Assembly (NCBI GenBank): GCA_039096225.1
Contig: JBBPEB010000026.1
Coordinates: 496,001 to 560,000 of the forward strand
Length of the DNA stretch: 64,000 nt
Origin: Blastocystis sp. Blastoise
Taxonomy: Eukaryota > Protista > Bigyra: Opalinata
Reading direction: 5' to 3'
The notes under the pieces were generated by a model, which saw nothing but the letters and a program-made list of their open reading frames with translations, searched no databases and was not told the origin of the DNA. Both the position numbers and the translations under genes were made by a program. This document shows, piece after piece, positions 41,708-55,511 of this stretch (positions within the stretch are counted from its first letter, which is position 1; each line of letters begins with the position of its first letter).

Positions 41708-41795
<88 letters not shown>

Positions 41796-44700
41796 GATAA
41801 TTATTTAGAATCTAATTATAAAACTCATATAATATCCATTCATTATCGTTTTCTTGATATGTCTTATTCAAAGATATATATAGCTCTTAATGCTACTTCT
41901 ATTCCTTCTCTTATTAATACTAATGATTTATTTAATGGATATATGTATTTAATTGGTGGATCTGACTCCATTGGCCAATCAAATAGTATTCATGTTGAAT
42001 TATCTTCTTCAGATCAATCTTCTAAGAATCATTCTACTTCTTCTGAAAATCAATATTATTATTCTTCTAAAAATAATTCTTCTTCTTCTAAAAATAATTC
42101 TTCTTCTTCTAAAAATTCTTCTTCTTCTTCTTCTTCTTCTTTACGATCAAATATACATTCTTCTAACAATAGTATTCAATTATTATCAAATAATTATAAT
42201 TCTAATGATCAATCACTTATTAATGATAATAATATATTTAATTATTTATTTGATATGAATAAAAATACATTTTGTGATATTTCATTTCAAATAGCATCAA
42301 CATTTATATTATATTGGCATTATCAAGATTATGCATTAAAATATATTAATGAACTTTCTATTATCAATGGAAATACTATTTCAAAAGATCCTCATATTAT
42401 CTCTTTGTACGGATGTACAATTGACAATTCTTATTGGGTACATCTCAAAACCGTTACTGATCTATTATTTACTAATGAATATCAAAAGAAAACTATTCAA
42501 TTCTATAGTAATAATAATAGTTTTCAATATTTCAAATTAATATTAAATACTACAAATAACCAAGATTCTATTATTATATCTGAAATTATTCCTTCTGTTA
42601 TTCCTAATCCTACAGATTATTTATTATTAACAGATTCATTATCTTATAATCATTTTAATTATATTTGGTATATAGATATTGAACCTATCTATGCTTTTCC
42701 TCTTTCTTCAAGTTATTATCAATATAAATTATCTAATAATAACATGAATAATACAACCATATCAATTAATCCTTATACTGGAATAATCACGGGAATTCCT
42801 ACAACTAGATCACGTGGTATATTAACTATAACAGCAACACATGCTCTTCGACAAATAGAATCTTCTATAACATTAGTATATGTAATAGAAAATTGTTTTG
42901 AAATAAATAATGTTCATATATATATCGAATGGATAAGAGATTTTTCTGAATTAAATTCTTTATTTGAATCTTTTATTATATATAGAGATACCACTATTAT
43001 ATATACATCTCCAAATACATTATCTTCAATATATTCTACACATTTATGTTTATCTCAAAATATATATACAATTCATTTAAAATCAATCACAAATAATGGT
43101 TGGTCTAAATCATCACATCTTAATATATATGCTCTTACTCCTTATGGTAATATTACTTTATTTTCAGGTAGTTCACAAAGTGATTCTATTATACAATTTT
43201 CTATTAATTTAAATTATATTATATCATTTACTGATAAAGCACATATATGTTTTACGGATAACCAAACAATTGATAGTAATTGGATGAATATTGATTTTGT
43301 TCCTTCTTTACCTAATTGGTATAATTGTAAAGAAAGTACAGAGGGACATGGTATATCTTCAAATTTATATTTTAGAAATACTATACATATAATAAAATTA
43401 AATGATATTCAAGGTGTAGAATTTTTATTTTATATATATGATCGATATCAACTATATATTAATGGTAATTTAATATATAGATATTATATATCTAAAACTT
43501 CAAATACTAAACCTTTTCTTCATTCATTAATATTATCTTCTTCTTCTTTAATTATAGGTATGAATGTATTTGGTATATATATACATAATCCATTAGAAAC
43601 GAGTAATAATAATATAGAATTTGTGATGTCTATACGATTATTATATACAAACATTATATATTCTTCTCCTTCTTCTTCTATAAATGAACTAAATTATGTA
43701 TCTAGTTTAATAACTGATAATAAATATATTAATAATAAGAGTAATAATAATAATGTATATATTAATAGTAATAACGAAGATAATAAATATAATAAATGTA
43801 TTAATAAACACAATAATAATAAAAATAATAATAATAAACATAATAATATGAATATTTTGTTTCATAATTCTACTATAGATTCTTTAATGGATGGATATTA
43901 TAAACAGCCTTGGATTCTAATAGAACAATATCCTATTAAATCATTATATATTACTATATCTCTTCTCTATCAAGCATTATATTTTAATAAATATTGTTTT
44001 ATTAATAATGATATTGATAGTATATCTAAATTTTCTACATCTTGGAATAATTTTACAAGATCCCTCTTTATTCCTAACGGTTGGAATTTCTATGGTTGTT
44101 CTTCATCATCATCAACTTTTACTTCTATGAATTCAAATGAACAAAATAATTTTATTTTAAAGAATTGTAATGTATTAGATAAACGAAATAATGTTTTATG
44201 GGAATTTCCTTCTCAAAAATTATGTTTTTATTTACAAAATGAAATATATACACCTTTTTCATTCTTTATATTAAATATAACTTCTTTTTCTCCTTCTTCT
44301 TATAGCTATTATAATATTCAAGAAATTAACAAAATAAATGATGATATTAATATGAATTATAATGATATTCATTATAGAAATACATTAATAGATAATAATT
44401 ATAATCCTTATTCAATAGGTATTGGAGAATTATATTTTTTAACTGTAAATAAAGAAACCATTGATATTCCTGATTTTCTATATTCTCCAGATACAATAAA
44501 TGGATATATAAATACTATTATTCCTTTTAGCACACCTCCTTTATATTATTCAAAATATTCTTTTATTAATTCATATATTAATAATAATTATAATCTGAAT
44601 AAATTAATAGATAATATTACATTAAATGAAAATACAGGATTAATCACGGGAATATGTTCAAATGAAAAACAATCTTTTAATATGACCATAAATGGTAAGA

Positions 44701-47700
44701 ATATATTGAATCAATATATGAAATCAACTACTATTTCATTGACTATTGATTCTTGTGAAGAACCATCTCAAATCGTATATTTTATTATAGAAAATCATAG
44801 TAATTATATAAATACAAATTATGAATTTATATTATATTCTACTATTTCACGTATAACATCAAAAACAATTCCATATACTTCTCCTGTTTCTATATATCCA
44901 TTCTGTCTTCCAATAGGATTTTATCGTGTTGCTTTATTACGTTCTTCTACTTCTTCTACTGTATTACAATATGATAATAATAATGCTTTATCAGTATCTA
45001 TTTATAATCGTGATTATTCATTATTAAATATGAATTATATGACAAATATAGAAACATTTTTAGATGTATCCTTTTTATTAGATGATTTATTATTTTATTC
45101 AAGTCAACAATGGGAGATTTGGAATAATAATAATACTACATCTACTATTGATAATAACTGGATGAAAATATTAGATATACCTGATCAATTTCAAACTATA
45201 TATTATTATGATATTCCAAAACCAATTGGAATTACACAATACTATCGTTTTAAAATTAAATTATATGAATATTGTAATGAATTGAGTCAATTTAATAATA
45301 AATATAATAATAATAAATTTAATAATAATGAATATAATAATAATAAATATAATAAGAAATATAATAATAAATATAAATATAATTTAAAAGATGAGTGTGA
45401 TATATATTCATTATATTCTGGTCTTAGTTATAATATACAATTAAAAGGTGGTTATATATTATATATACAAGGAATAGAGATAGAACGTCAATATTTACCT
45501 AATGACCCAATTATTTTACCTAATACATTATCTACTAATAAGAATCAATCTATTTATAGAATAGAAGGTAGTATACATTTCCAATCTTATTCTATATTTA
45601 TTACCGAAAATACAACTTTATTAATAAGTTTAGAAGTTCATAGAAATGAAATAATAAATATAGAAAATTATTTTAAAGCTACTTTTCATTATATACTAGA
45701 TAATGAACGATATAATATAAGACAAAGAACACAAAAAGTATCGATATCTATTGATGAATATAATACTATATATTCATCCAGAATAAATTCTACATATATA
45801 AATAAACATAATTTAGAATATATTGATGATGTGTATTCATTATTATATTCTATACCTATTTCTTTATATATACCTTATTCTATATATATACCTTCTATAT
45901 ATAAATCAATAGAATATTATTCTACTTTATATAAATCAACACCATTATCATTATTTGAAAATAATAAAATATCTATGTACTCATTAAAAACAACTTCTAA
46001 TTCAATATCAATTACATTAACTTATAAAAATAGTCATGAATATTATACTTCTTATGGAATTCGATTTGGAACACATTGTAATCGTCGTCATCCTACTTCA
46101 TGGATTTTAGAAGCTTCCAATAATAATGGTATTTCTTATGATTTATTACATACTATATCAAATCTATATACATTACAATTTAATAAATTATATGAATATT
46201 CTTTTGTACCTTTATCTACTTATTCTATATATCGATGGACATTTACTTCTTTTTTTAATATTCCTATAGATGAAAATGAAGATGAAGATGAAGATATAGT
46301 ATGTGATTCTACTATAGGATTTCAATTATCAGAATTATATTTATATCAAACTATTTTTACTAGTTATTGTAATAAAGAATCCAATTGGCCAGTAGCTTTA
46401 AGTGGAACACATATATCTCTTCCTTGTCCTGATCTTTTTACTGGATTACAATCACGTGATTGTATTAATGGTCATTATTCTACTATTGATATATCTAAAT
46501 GTATACCTACTACTCCTACTTTTTTTACATATACAAGTATATTTAGTAATTATAATACTTCTTTATTTTCATTTGATAAATCAGAAAATTGTGTATATTT
46601 ATTTATTATAAATAAACCAATAACACCTCTATATCCATCAATTGATGCTGTTCATTTACAATTTACTACTGAATCTGCAATTCCCGCGGGAATCACATTA
46701 AATAAAGATACAGGTGTAATCAGTGGAATTCCTACTATAATAACATCAGTATTACATATTATTATTATTGCTTTTAATTCTTATTATCATATATCTACAA
46801 CTGTTGTTATACGTATATTAAATGAAACAAATAATTCTATTTGTAAAGGTGATTCTATTTGGCCAACTATATTTAATGATGATTATGTAATAAAACCCTG
46901 TTCATTTCCTTATATAGGTATAGAAAAACGATCTTGCTATTATAATAATATAAATAATACATCAACATGGTCATTCATTCAAACAACTTGTCAAATGAAA
47001 TCCTCTATTATGAGTATACGATATACAGCACAATATTATCCATTATTAATCAATCAATATATTAATATACAGCCAACTACTACTGGATCTATAGAATCAT
47101 GGGAAATAACACCATCAAAATTACCTGAAGGATTAATATTTAATAATGGAATTATTGAAGGTACACCTACTATATTAACAAATAGTTCTATATATATACC
47201 TTATATTATTACAGTAATAGGTAAAATATCAATTAGTATGACATTATACTTTCTTATTACTGAAATTGCATGTCCATTCGATGTCACGTGGCCTTCAGCA
47301 CTTCCAGATACAACCGTTACAATATCATGTACAGATCCCTATTTAGAAGGATACATGTCACGTGATTGTATTCATTCCGAAGATGGTTTATTACAACCTC
47401 ATTGGGGAAATGTACGAGATGAATGTAAAACAAAATTAAATAAAGTTTCTTATAGTACTTCATTCTTAACATTAACATGTAATCAAACAATGAATTCTAT
47501 TATTCCTTTATGTGAAGGTAAATGTATATCTTATTCTATTACTCCTTCTCTTCCTGATGGTTTATTCTTTAATACTATTAATGGAGAAATAAAAGGAACA
47601 CCTAATATAACTCCACCTATTGAAACTTATTATATTATATTATCTTCTAATGGTATTGAATCTATATCTATATATATGGGTATACAATTAATATCATTAG

Positions 47701-49236
47701 TATGTCAATCACAAGATGGATTTCCTACTACTAATTATGGTAGTATTAGTACTATTTCATGTAGTAATCCTTTTCAAGAAGGATATTTATATAGAGAATG
47801 TATAGAAATAAATGGTAATATTACATGGAGTTCTATATATAATAATTGTACCTATAAATCACCTATAATACAATATCCATTAAGTAATTATATATTAAGA
47901 AAATGGATAGATATTAATACTATTTCTCCTACTGTACAGAATTATATAACAGAATGGTCAATATTTCCTACTCTTCCTAATGGTCTTTTATTTAGTACAC
48001 GTGATGGTACAATTTCAGGAAGACCTACAATAACCACGGGAATCATGCATTATGTAATAAATGCATCTAATCCAGATACATCAACATTAACATCCTTGTC
48101 TATAAGTATATTAGATATTACATGTTCTAATGATACTATTTGGCCAGAAACATCTGTTAATGAATATGCACATATATTTTGTCCTTCTAGTATTACGAGT
48201 ATTCAAAGTAGATATTGTCAATTAATAGAAAATGTAGGAATATGGAATAATGAAGATAAATCTTTATGTATATATCATCCTAACGATGAACAACCTATAA
48301 AACAATATATATTTATGGATATACCTATTTTATTAAGAAATATATCATTAAATAATATTATTCCTAATAGTATATATAGATTTTTATATTTCTTTTATAT
48401 GATTTTTAATGATACTGATGTTCGTGAAGAGAATATATATATACAAGAAATGTCTGTTGAATATTCTGTTGATAATAATAGTAATATCAGTAGTTATTCT
48501 AATTTATATAATAATAAGTATAATAATACTTTTTCTCAAGTCAAGTCAAATACAATTATTCCTTTATTAACTATAAATTTACGTATTCATTGTTTAGAAG
48601 ATTCTTATAATAAATATATACCCATAATAAATAGTGCTATTTCACAAGGTTTATATACATATTTAAAGAAATATAATGAATATACTAATTTATTAGAAGT
48701 TTATTATTCATCAGATAATATTTCTATTCATTATTTTATACCTCATTCACCTCTTTTCTATATAATCATTTCTTTATCTATTTTATTGATTTTTATTTCA
48801 TGTTTAAGCCTTTTCTTCTATTATCGATATAAATACCACGGTTATTTATTATTTTCAAGGAAGAAAATGAAAAGTTCCCGTTTTTTAGATAAATCAGAAG
48901 GACTAGTTCGTTTATCTAATGCTTCTTCTTTATTAGAGAATGATGGTATACCTTTATTTACAAATCAAACAAGTCAATATAATAATGATTATGAAACAAC
49001 TCTAAATACTACAAATAATTATATTCCTATATCAAAATTTATGAAACAAACAAAAATAATAAAACAGAAAGAAAATTATCATATACAAGAATTAGAATCT
49101 ATTTCGAATAATACAATAAATGATAAAAAGAAAGAGAAAAAGAATAATAAAAAAGATAAAGATACTAAAAAGAAAGAAATAAAAAAGAATAATAAAGTTG
49201 TAGATGAAATAGACATAGATATAAATAATAATAATG

Positions 49237-49273
<37 letters not shown>

Positions 49274-50399
49274 TAATAATAATAATAATAATAAATATTT
49301 ATTACAAATGAGTAATACAACAGAGAATAATAGAAAACAGGATAAAATACAATTTATAAAAAAGAATTCTTCAAAGAAAAATCATATTACTTCTTCTTCT
49401 ACATTAGTATCTTCTACAGGTTCAAATTCTCATTTATTGAATACATCTTCTTATACACCTAAACCTTTATCTGAACATAGATCATCACAATCAAATATTT
49501 CATTTAGTTCTTTTTCTCCATCAAATCTTATTAATTTAACACCCCCTACTTCTTCTTCTCCTCCTCCTTCAGATTATACTATAGATACTAATATTATTAA
49601 TAATAATATTAATATTCAAAATGAAGAAAAATCATCAAATTTATCGATTTCATCAGATTCATCAACTTCACCTTCATATCCTATGTATAAAGAATCTAAT
49701 AATAATAATAATAATAACTTAGATAATAATAATAATTATAAAACAAGTATCACATCTTTTATCAATTCAATACATGATGTTTTTTCGACTATAAAAATAA
49801 ATAAGAATTCTGATAATAATAAAAATAATTCAATAAAACATGTTACTAGTAATAATCATATTGATATGACTCATTTAATTAATAATAATTCACCTATTTA
49901 TATAGATTCTCAATCATTATTATTTGATGATATCAATAATATTAATAATAATAATAATGGTAATAATAATAATACATTGAAACCTAATAATTTATTTAAT
50001 CATATATTTTCATCTAAAAAGCCAATTTCTTCAAAACCTGATAATAAAATTATATTTGAATTAAAACGTAGACATGCAAATAGTACTTTAAGTGTAGCTT
50101 CTTTATCTTCTGTTTCTTCTGTCCCTGATATGTCTGATGGATTTACTGATAATGAAGTAGCCTCATTAAGATCTTCTTCTACACATAATGATGATAATAA
50201 TAGTAATGATAATAATACTAATAATAATAATAATAATCATAGATCTTCTATAGAACATATAGATCCAAGTTTATTAATAGATATTCCTATTGAATTAAAT
50301 ATTTCATCTACAAATATACATCCAGAAACACCACCTTTTTATATAGATTCTATTTCTTCTACAACTTCTATTACTTCAGACCGTCCATTACCTTCATTC

Positions 50400-50445
<46 letters not shown>

Positions 50446-51304
50446 TAATTGATACTACTATAAATAATAAAACGAATACTAATAATACTAATAATAATAA
50501 TAGGACTCTTCCTACTTCACCATTACTATCTCGTAATTCTTCAATTGGATCAAATAATAATAAACGTACTGTTTCTCCCTTGGTTAATCATACACATTAC
50601 TCTCAAAAACCTACTATAATCAATCGAAATAATAATTCTCCTTTATCAAATTATGTTCATAATCTTTCATCATCATCTTCTCCTTCTTCTTCTTCAACTA
50701 AACAAATAGATCAACAAATGATTGTTAATAATAATGATAATTCTAATAATAATTCTAATAATAATTCAATAGAAAATATGATTAATCCTAAAATACTAAA
50801 TGCTATTGTATCTTCTACAACGAATTCTTTTTCTATACCAAGTACTGATACTTCAAGTAATTCAAATTCAAGTTCTGATTATTCTTCTTCATCTTCTTCT
50901 TCTTCTTCTTCTAAAATAAAGAATAATATAATAGATTATTCATTAGTTAATAATAGTAGTAGTAATAAAAATAGTTATACTACAAGTTATAATACTAGTC
51001 AAAATAGTAGTTATAATAGTAATAATAATATAGCTTATTTACATCCAAGAACAGATAGTAATTATTATATAAGTACATCTACTTCTTCTTCTCCTTATTC
51101 TTCTCATCGAAACTCTCTTAGTAGCCCCAGTCAATGTTATATTCCTTCTTCTTCAGAATTCCAAGGAAATTTGAAAAATACAAATCGAAAATTAAATTCT
51201 AAAACAGTGAATTCTTCTTCATCAAAAAATTTAAATTTATTTTTCTTAAATCATATTAAAAAAGAAGATAATATTCATAATAGTTCTAATAATAATAATT
51301 TAAA

Positions 51305-51363
<59 letters not shown>

Positions 51364-51692
51364 TTACAAGTAATATAGTGAAATTATCTGATAATGTATC
51401 ACACCGTAGTACTAGTATATCAAGTGTTAGTAGTTTGTATGGAACTGAAAGTGAAGAAGAATTAATATCTGTTTCTTCTCCTACTACTACTAATACTAAT
51501 TATAATAATAATAATAATAATAATAATAATCAAGGGAATTCGACAATTCATTTATCTGGTATTAATAGTAATACAAAAAGAAATAGTGGTTTACAATATG
51601 TTCATTTTTCTAGTGATAATGATGATAATGATAGTGTAGATAGTAATCGCGGTAATAATGAAGAAACACATTCAATTTCTGAAATAAAATAA
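40691..51692 (+). CDS. Giant (~3550 aa) type I membrane/surface protein: signal peptide, galactose-binding/F5-8-like modules, He_PIG repeats alternating with Cys-rich HRM-like modules, one TM helix, long Asn/Ser-rich tail; apparent 1-nt frameshift near 41710
   Basis: MTQFFISILILF|VIVIYA signal peptide; 3 GT-AG introns at the 5' end; repeats of LPxGLxxNxxTGxIxGxPT; TM at about 48750-48825; ORFs 41395-41808 and 41859-51692 join if one base is restored in the (AAT)n run. Confidence 0.8.
41692..41792. repeat. Coding (AAT)n poly-Asn microsatellite containing an apparent 1-nt deletion
   Basis: AAT run with a phase break at about 41710. Confidence 0.9.
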
Positions 51693-52620
51693 GTTTTTTT
51701 TTTTTAATATTATATTCTATGTTTTATTACTATATACTATCTTTTATAATATTCATACTTTTTTTTTTTTTTGAACTCTATATAAATTGCTTCTTCCTAT
51801 TCACTATGTTTTCATTTTTTTGTTTTTTATTTTTATCTTTAATTATTCTTTAATTTCTTTTTTTTTTTTAATTTATTTAATAATGTATAATCATTTTTTT
51901 TTCTTTCTCTTTTGTTTTCCCTCACTTTGTTTTTCTTTTATTTTTTATTTTCATTTTTTTTTCTTGATTTCTTTCAATTCTCCTTAAAATTATAAATTAG
52001 TATTATAAATACTTTTTTATTACTTGTTTATATTTTAATTTTATTTATTTTCTCATTTTATTTATTTTTCTTTTTTTAATTTTCTTTTTAAAATCTTCGT
52101 GTGTTTTTTCTCTTCAGATTTTTTTTTGAAATCTGTTTTTGTTTATTAATTTATATATATATATATATATATTTATTATAATGATTACTTATGATGATTG
52201 TCTTATTAATTCAGTTCTATATATATATATATATATATCAACTTGCATATAAAATTATATATATACATAATTCATTACCATCATTTGTTCAACTCTTTAT
52301 ATATACTATTTGCTATTTGTTATTTATTTTTTAAAAATATTTTTATTTTTATTACTTTTTTTTAATTTTTTGCAATAAACGTATTCATTTATGTTTTTTC
52401 ATTATTGATATCTATTATATAATAGATTTATTTAAATTATTAAGTGTAAAATTGTCTATTTTATTGGAATGTATATAATTTAAAAAATATTGTCGAATGT
52501 ATTATTTAATAAGAATAATATTATATAGAGATATTTTCGTATATATAGTTTTTATTATTTTTTTATTTATAATAAAATATGTTTTGAATAACTTCTTTAA
52601 AAATTTTATTCACAATTTGT

Positions 52621-52660
<40 letters not shown>

Positions 52661-53023
52661 TTGATTTCTTCTCTTTGTTTTTTATTTTTTAATTTTTAAA
52701 ACAACATCAATTATGACATTTTTATATATATTCAAGAATTTATTTCTGATTATTTTTTGCCTATAATTGTAAATTTAATTACTAGTTTTGTTGTAAATCA
52801 CTTTGAAGTCATTTTTTTTTATTCAGTTAAGAAATATATATAATATAATGAAGTATATCAAAACAAATGCTGTAAATATAATTCATCTTTTATTTATGAA
52901 TTTACATTGTTATATAAACACTAATAGAATAGTTTATAACAAAACAAATCAATTTAAATAATATTATATATATATTCTATAAATGCAAGCAATAGAAATA
53001 TATTTATTATATATAAAAAATAT

Positions 53024-54259
53024 TTACATATATAAATAAGCATCACTATATTGATCACAAATAGTATGTAAAGTATGATAATATTTTAATAAATAATCAC
53101 TTCTACCTAAATATTTATTAACATATTGAGTAGTTTTCTTATAGCATTCTACATTCTTTACAGGTCCACGAATACTATCTAAAGACATAACTCCCATTCG
53201 TTTGAATTTCTTAATAAGAAGATCGAAATAAGTATCAACTTTACTAATAGTTTCAAGTTCTTTCTTATATTCTTGTTGAATTTCTTTATTATCTGCATTT
53301 GTTTTTAAAAGATTTTCAAAGAAATGAAGTTTATTCAAATGAATATCACCACGAATTCCTTTTATTGGTTCATTATTATAAATAACTTTTCGATTCTTTA
53401 CAGTAACAAGATCACCTGTAAATACTTCAGAAATAGGAAGATTTTCAAATGAAAAATCACCATAACGAGATACATGAGATTCTTTAACAAGACTAGTGAT
53501 TAATTGAGCATGTTGTTTAAACGTTTGAGTAAGATTTCCTTCATCAACATTTTCCATCCATCGAATCGAAAATTCATCACCAAGACATACACCAAGATTA
53601 CGACCACGAACAACAGCTTCTTCACGACAATAAAAGGCATAAGATGATTCATCTGGATCAGCAGCAGTTAAACCATAAATATTCATATCTTTAGGAAGAT
53701 TCACAAACATAGAACCAGAATTACAAGCTTCTAAATAATAAACTATTCTCTTATACATTTTCTTTTCTTTCATCACTTGGAAAGTCTTTAGTAAATCAGC
53801 ACTATATAAATCATCTTCAGGGAAACAAATGACATCATCGTCACCATGATCAAAGAAAGCTAAGAAAATTGTGTCTTCTTCAGTAGTCTTTAAGACTTTA
53901 CCTCCAGCAGATTCATCACCAGTTAGTACTTTAAGATATTTGATACGATCACAATTATTCCCTTCATAATCAACTACGTAGTTTTCATAATAATTAATTG
54001 GATTATCACCTGGTTTATTATATAAAGTATTTTTAAAAGGATTATAACTATAATTATAGCAATCATTCTTCGAAAATACAATAATGTTTTCAGGTTTATA
54101 ACCATTGTTAATAAGTATACGGTAGGCATGAGCATTATCAGCTTGATGTCTGTAGTTCCAATAACCATAAGAACCAGTAACGATTACAGCCCATTTTTCT
54201 GATGCGACCATGTTTATAATAAACAAAAGAAGAATTGACATTGAGATTTTCGAAAACAT
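53024..54259 (-). CDS. LGMN: Legumain / asparaginyl endopeptidase (peptidase C13), signal peptide, intronless
   Basis: WAVIVTGSYGYWNYRHQAD, catalytic His in FFDHG, catalytic Cys in YLEACNSGSMF, CLGDEFS, SHVSRYGD. Confidence 0.95.
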   Translation of the reverse strand: MFSKISMSILLLFIINMVASEKWAVIVTGSYGYWNYRHQADNAHAYRILINNGYKPENIIVFSKNDCYNYSYNPFKNTLYNKPGDNPINYYENYVVDYEGNNCDRIKYLKVLTGDESAGGKVLKTTEEDTIFLAFFDHGDDDVICFPEDDLYSADLLKTFQVMKEKKMYKRIVYYLEACNSGSMFVNLPKDMNIYGLTAADPDESSYAFYCREEAVVRGRNLGVCLGDEFSIRWMENVDEGNLTQTFKQHAQLITSLVKESHVSRYGDFSFENLPISEVFTGDLVTVKNRKVIYNNEPIKGIRGDIHLNKLHFFENLLKTNADNKEIQQEYKKELETISKVDTYFDLLIKKFKRMGVMSLDSIRGPVKNVECYKKTTQYVNKYLGRSDYLLKYYHTLHTICDQYSDAYLYM

Positions 54260-55511
54260 TTTTTAATAATCTCGTATTTACTTTTTTTAATACTCTTAAT
54301 AAAATAAAATATGTTTGTTTTATATTTATTAAAACCTAGAATAGAGAAACTTTACTATTGAATAGAACTATTTCTCGATTTCCATGATCTTTATGATTTT
54401 TAAGAAATCTATTGAAGAATATCAATGACAGAAAGACTGTCAATAATAGTGTTTTATAAAGACAAATAATAACCATACAAATGTCTGTTACAAAAACAAA
54501 TGATTGGCAATTCCTTTTCTAGAATTTTTTTTATAGATGACACCCATTGATCTTCATGATTGATTTTTCTCTTCTTTTTACATTTTTTAGTCACTTTGTT
54601 TTTTTTCTTATTCTTTTATTTCATTTGATCATTATGCAAATAATAAATATATATTCAATTCTTCTTTGAGATATATGTAGAATCCAATAGAAAGCAAAAG
54701 AAATTGTAAAAACTTTATGTTTCTAATTTGGCGGCCTTTAGAAGATTTTCTATTCATAAGAAAAAATATGATTATATTATAATTACCATTATTAAGAATA
54801 TCTTTTCTAAACATTGTTTTTTATTGCTTTAACTTTATGAATTTTTTATTATGAATTAGTTAGAGAATTGTTGTTCGAAATTTGGGATAATTATTTTCAT
54901 CATTGTTATTAATGCGAATGTTATTTTTATGACTTAGTGTTTTTCTTTGATTAGGATAAATCTGATAAACAAGGAATTTGTCTCTTTTTTAATAAAATTA
55001 TTATTATTAAGTCTTATATTATTTTCTATTTTATAATAAAGATGCTTAGTATAGAATAAATGATATATATTACGTATAACTAAAAATGTAGATAAAATGA
55101 ATAGAATAACGGCATTAAAAAGCCTTTAATTTGAATAGAATAAGAAAAAGACATTTATACTCATGAGTATTAGATAACAAGTATTTGAATAATATTATAA
55201 AACAAATGATTTATTGTTATAAATAATTGAATGAAAATCAAAACCAATATGTATCTTTAGAAAGATACTATATATAGAATTTATAAAATAAAAACAAAAC
55301 CAATATAACACATTTTCTATATATAAATAAAAACATAAAGATAATAACAACAAATAAAAACAATAAATAGATAATAGATATATATATATATAGTATTGAC
55401 TTTACAAAAATAGTAAAAAGAATAATAATTATTATTATTTATTTTTTTTTAAATGATTATAAATTATTCTTTTTTAATAATGTTAATAATATATATATAT
55501 ATATATATATA

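Noticed and set aside
23392-54442. Short intergenic inverted repeats (TCAAGTCA/TGACTTGA ~23392-23432; TGTCGT/ACGACA ~26492-26512; TGACAG/CTGTCA ~54426-54442)
   Set aside because: Stems of 6-8 bp are expected by chance; no TSDs, transposase or recognisable ncRNA fold.
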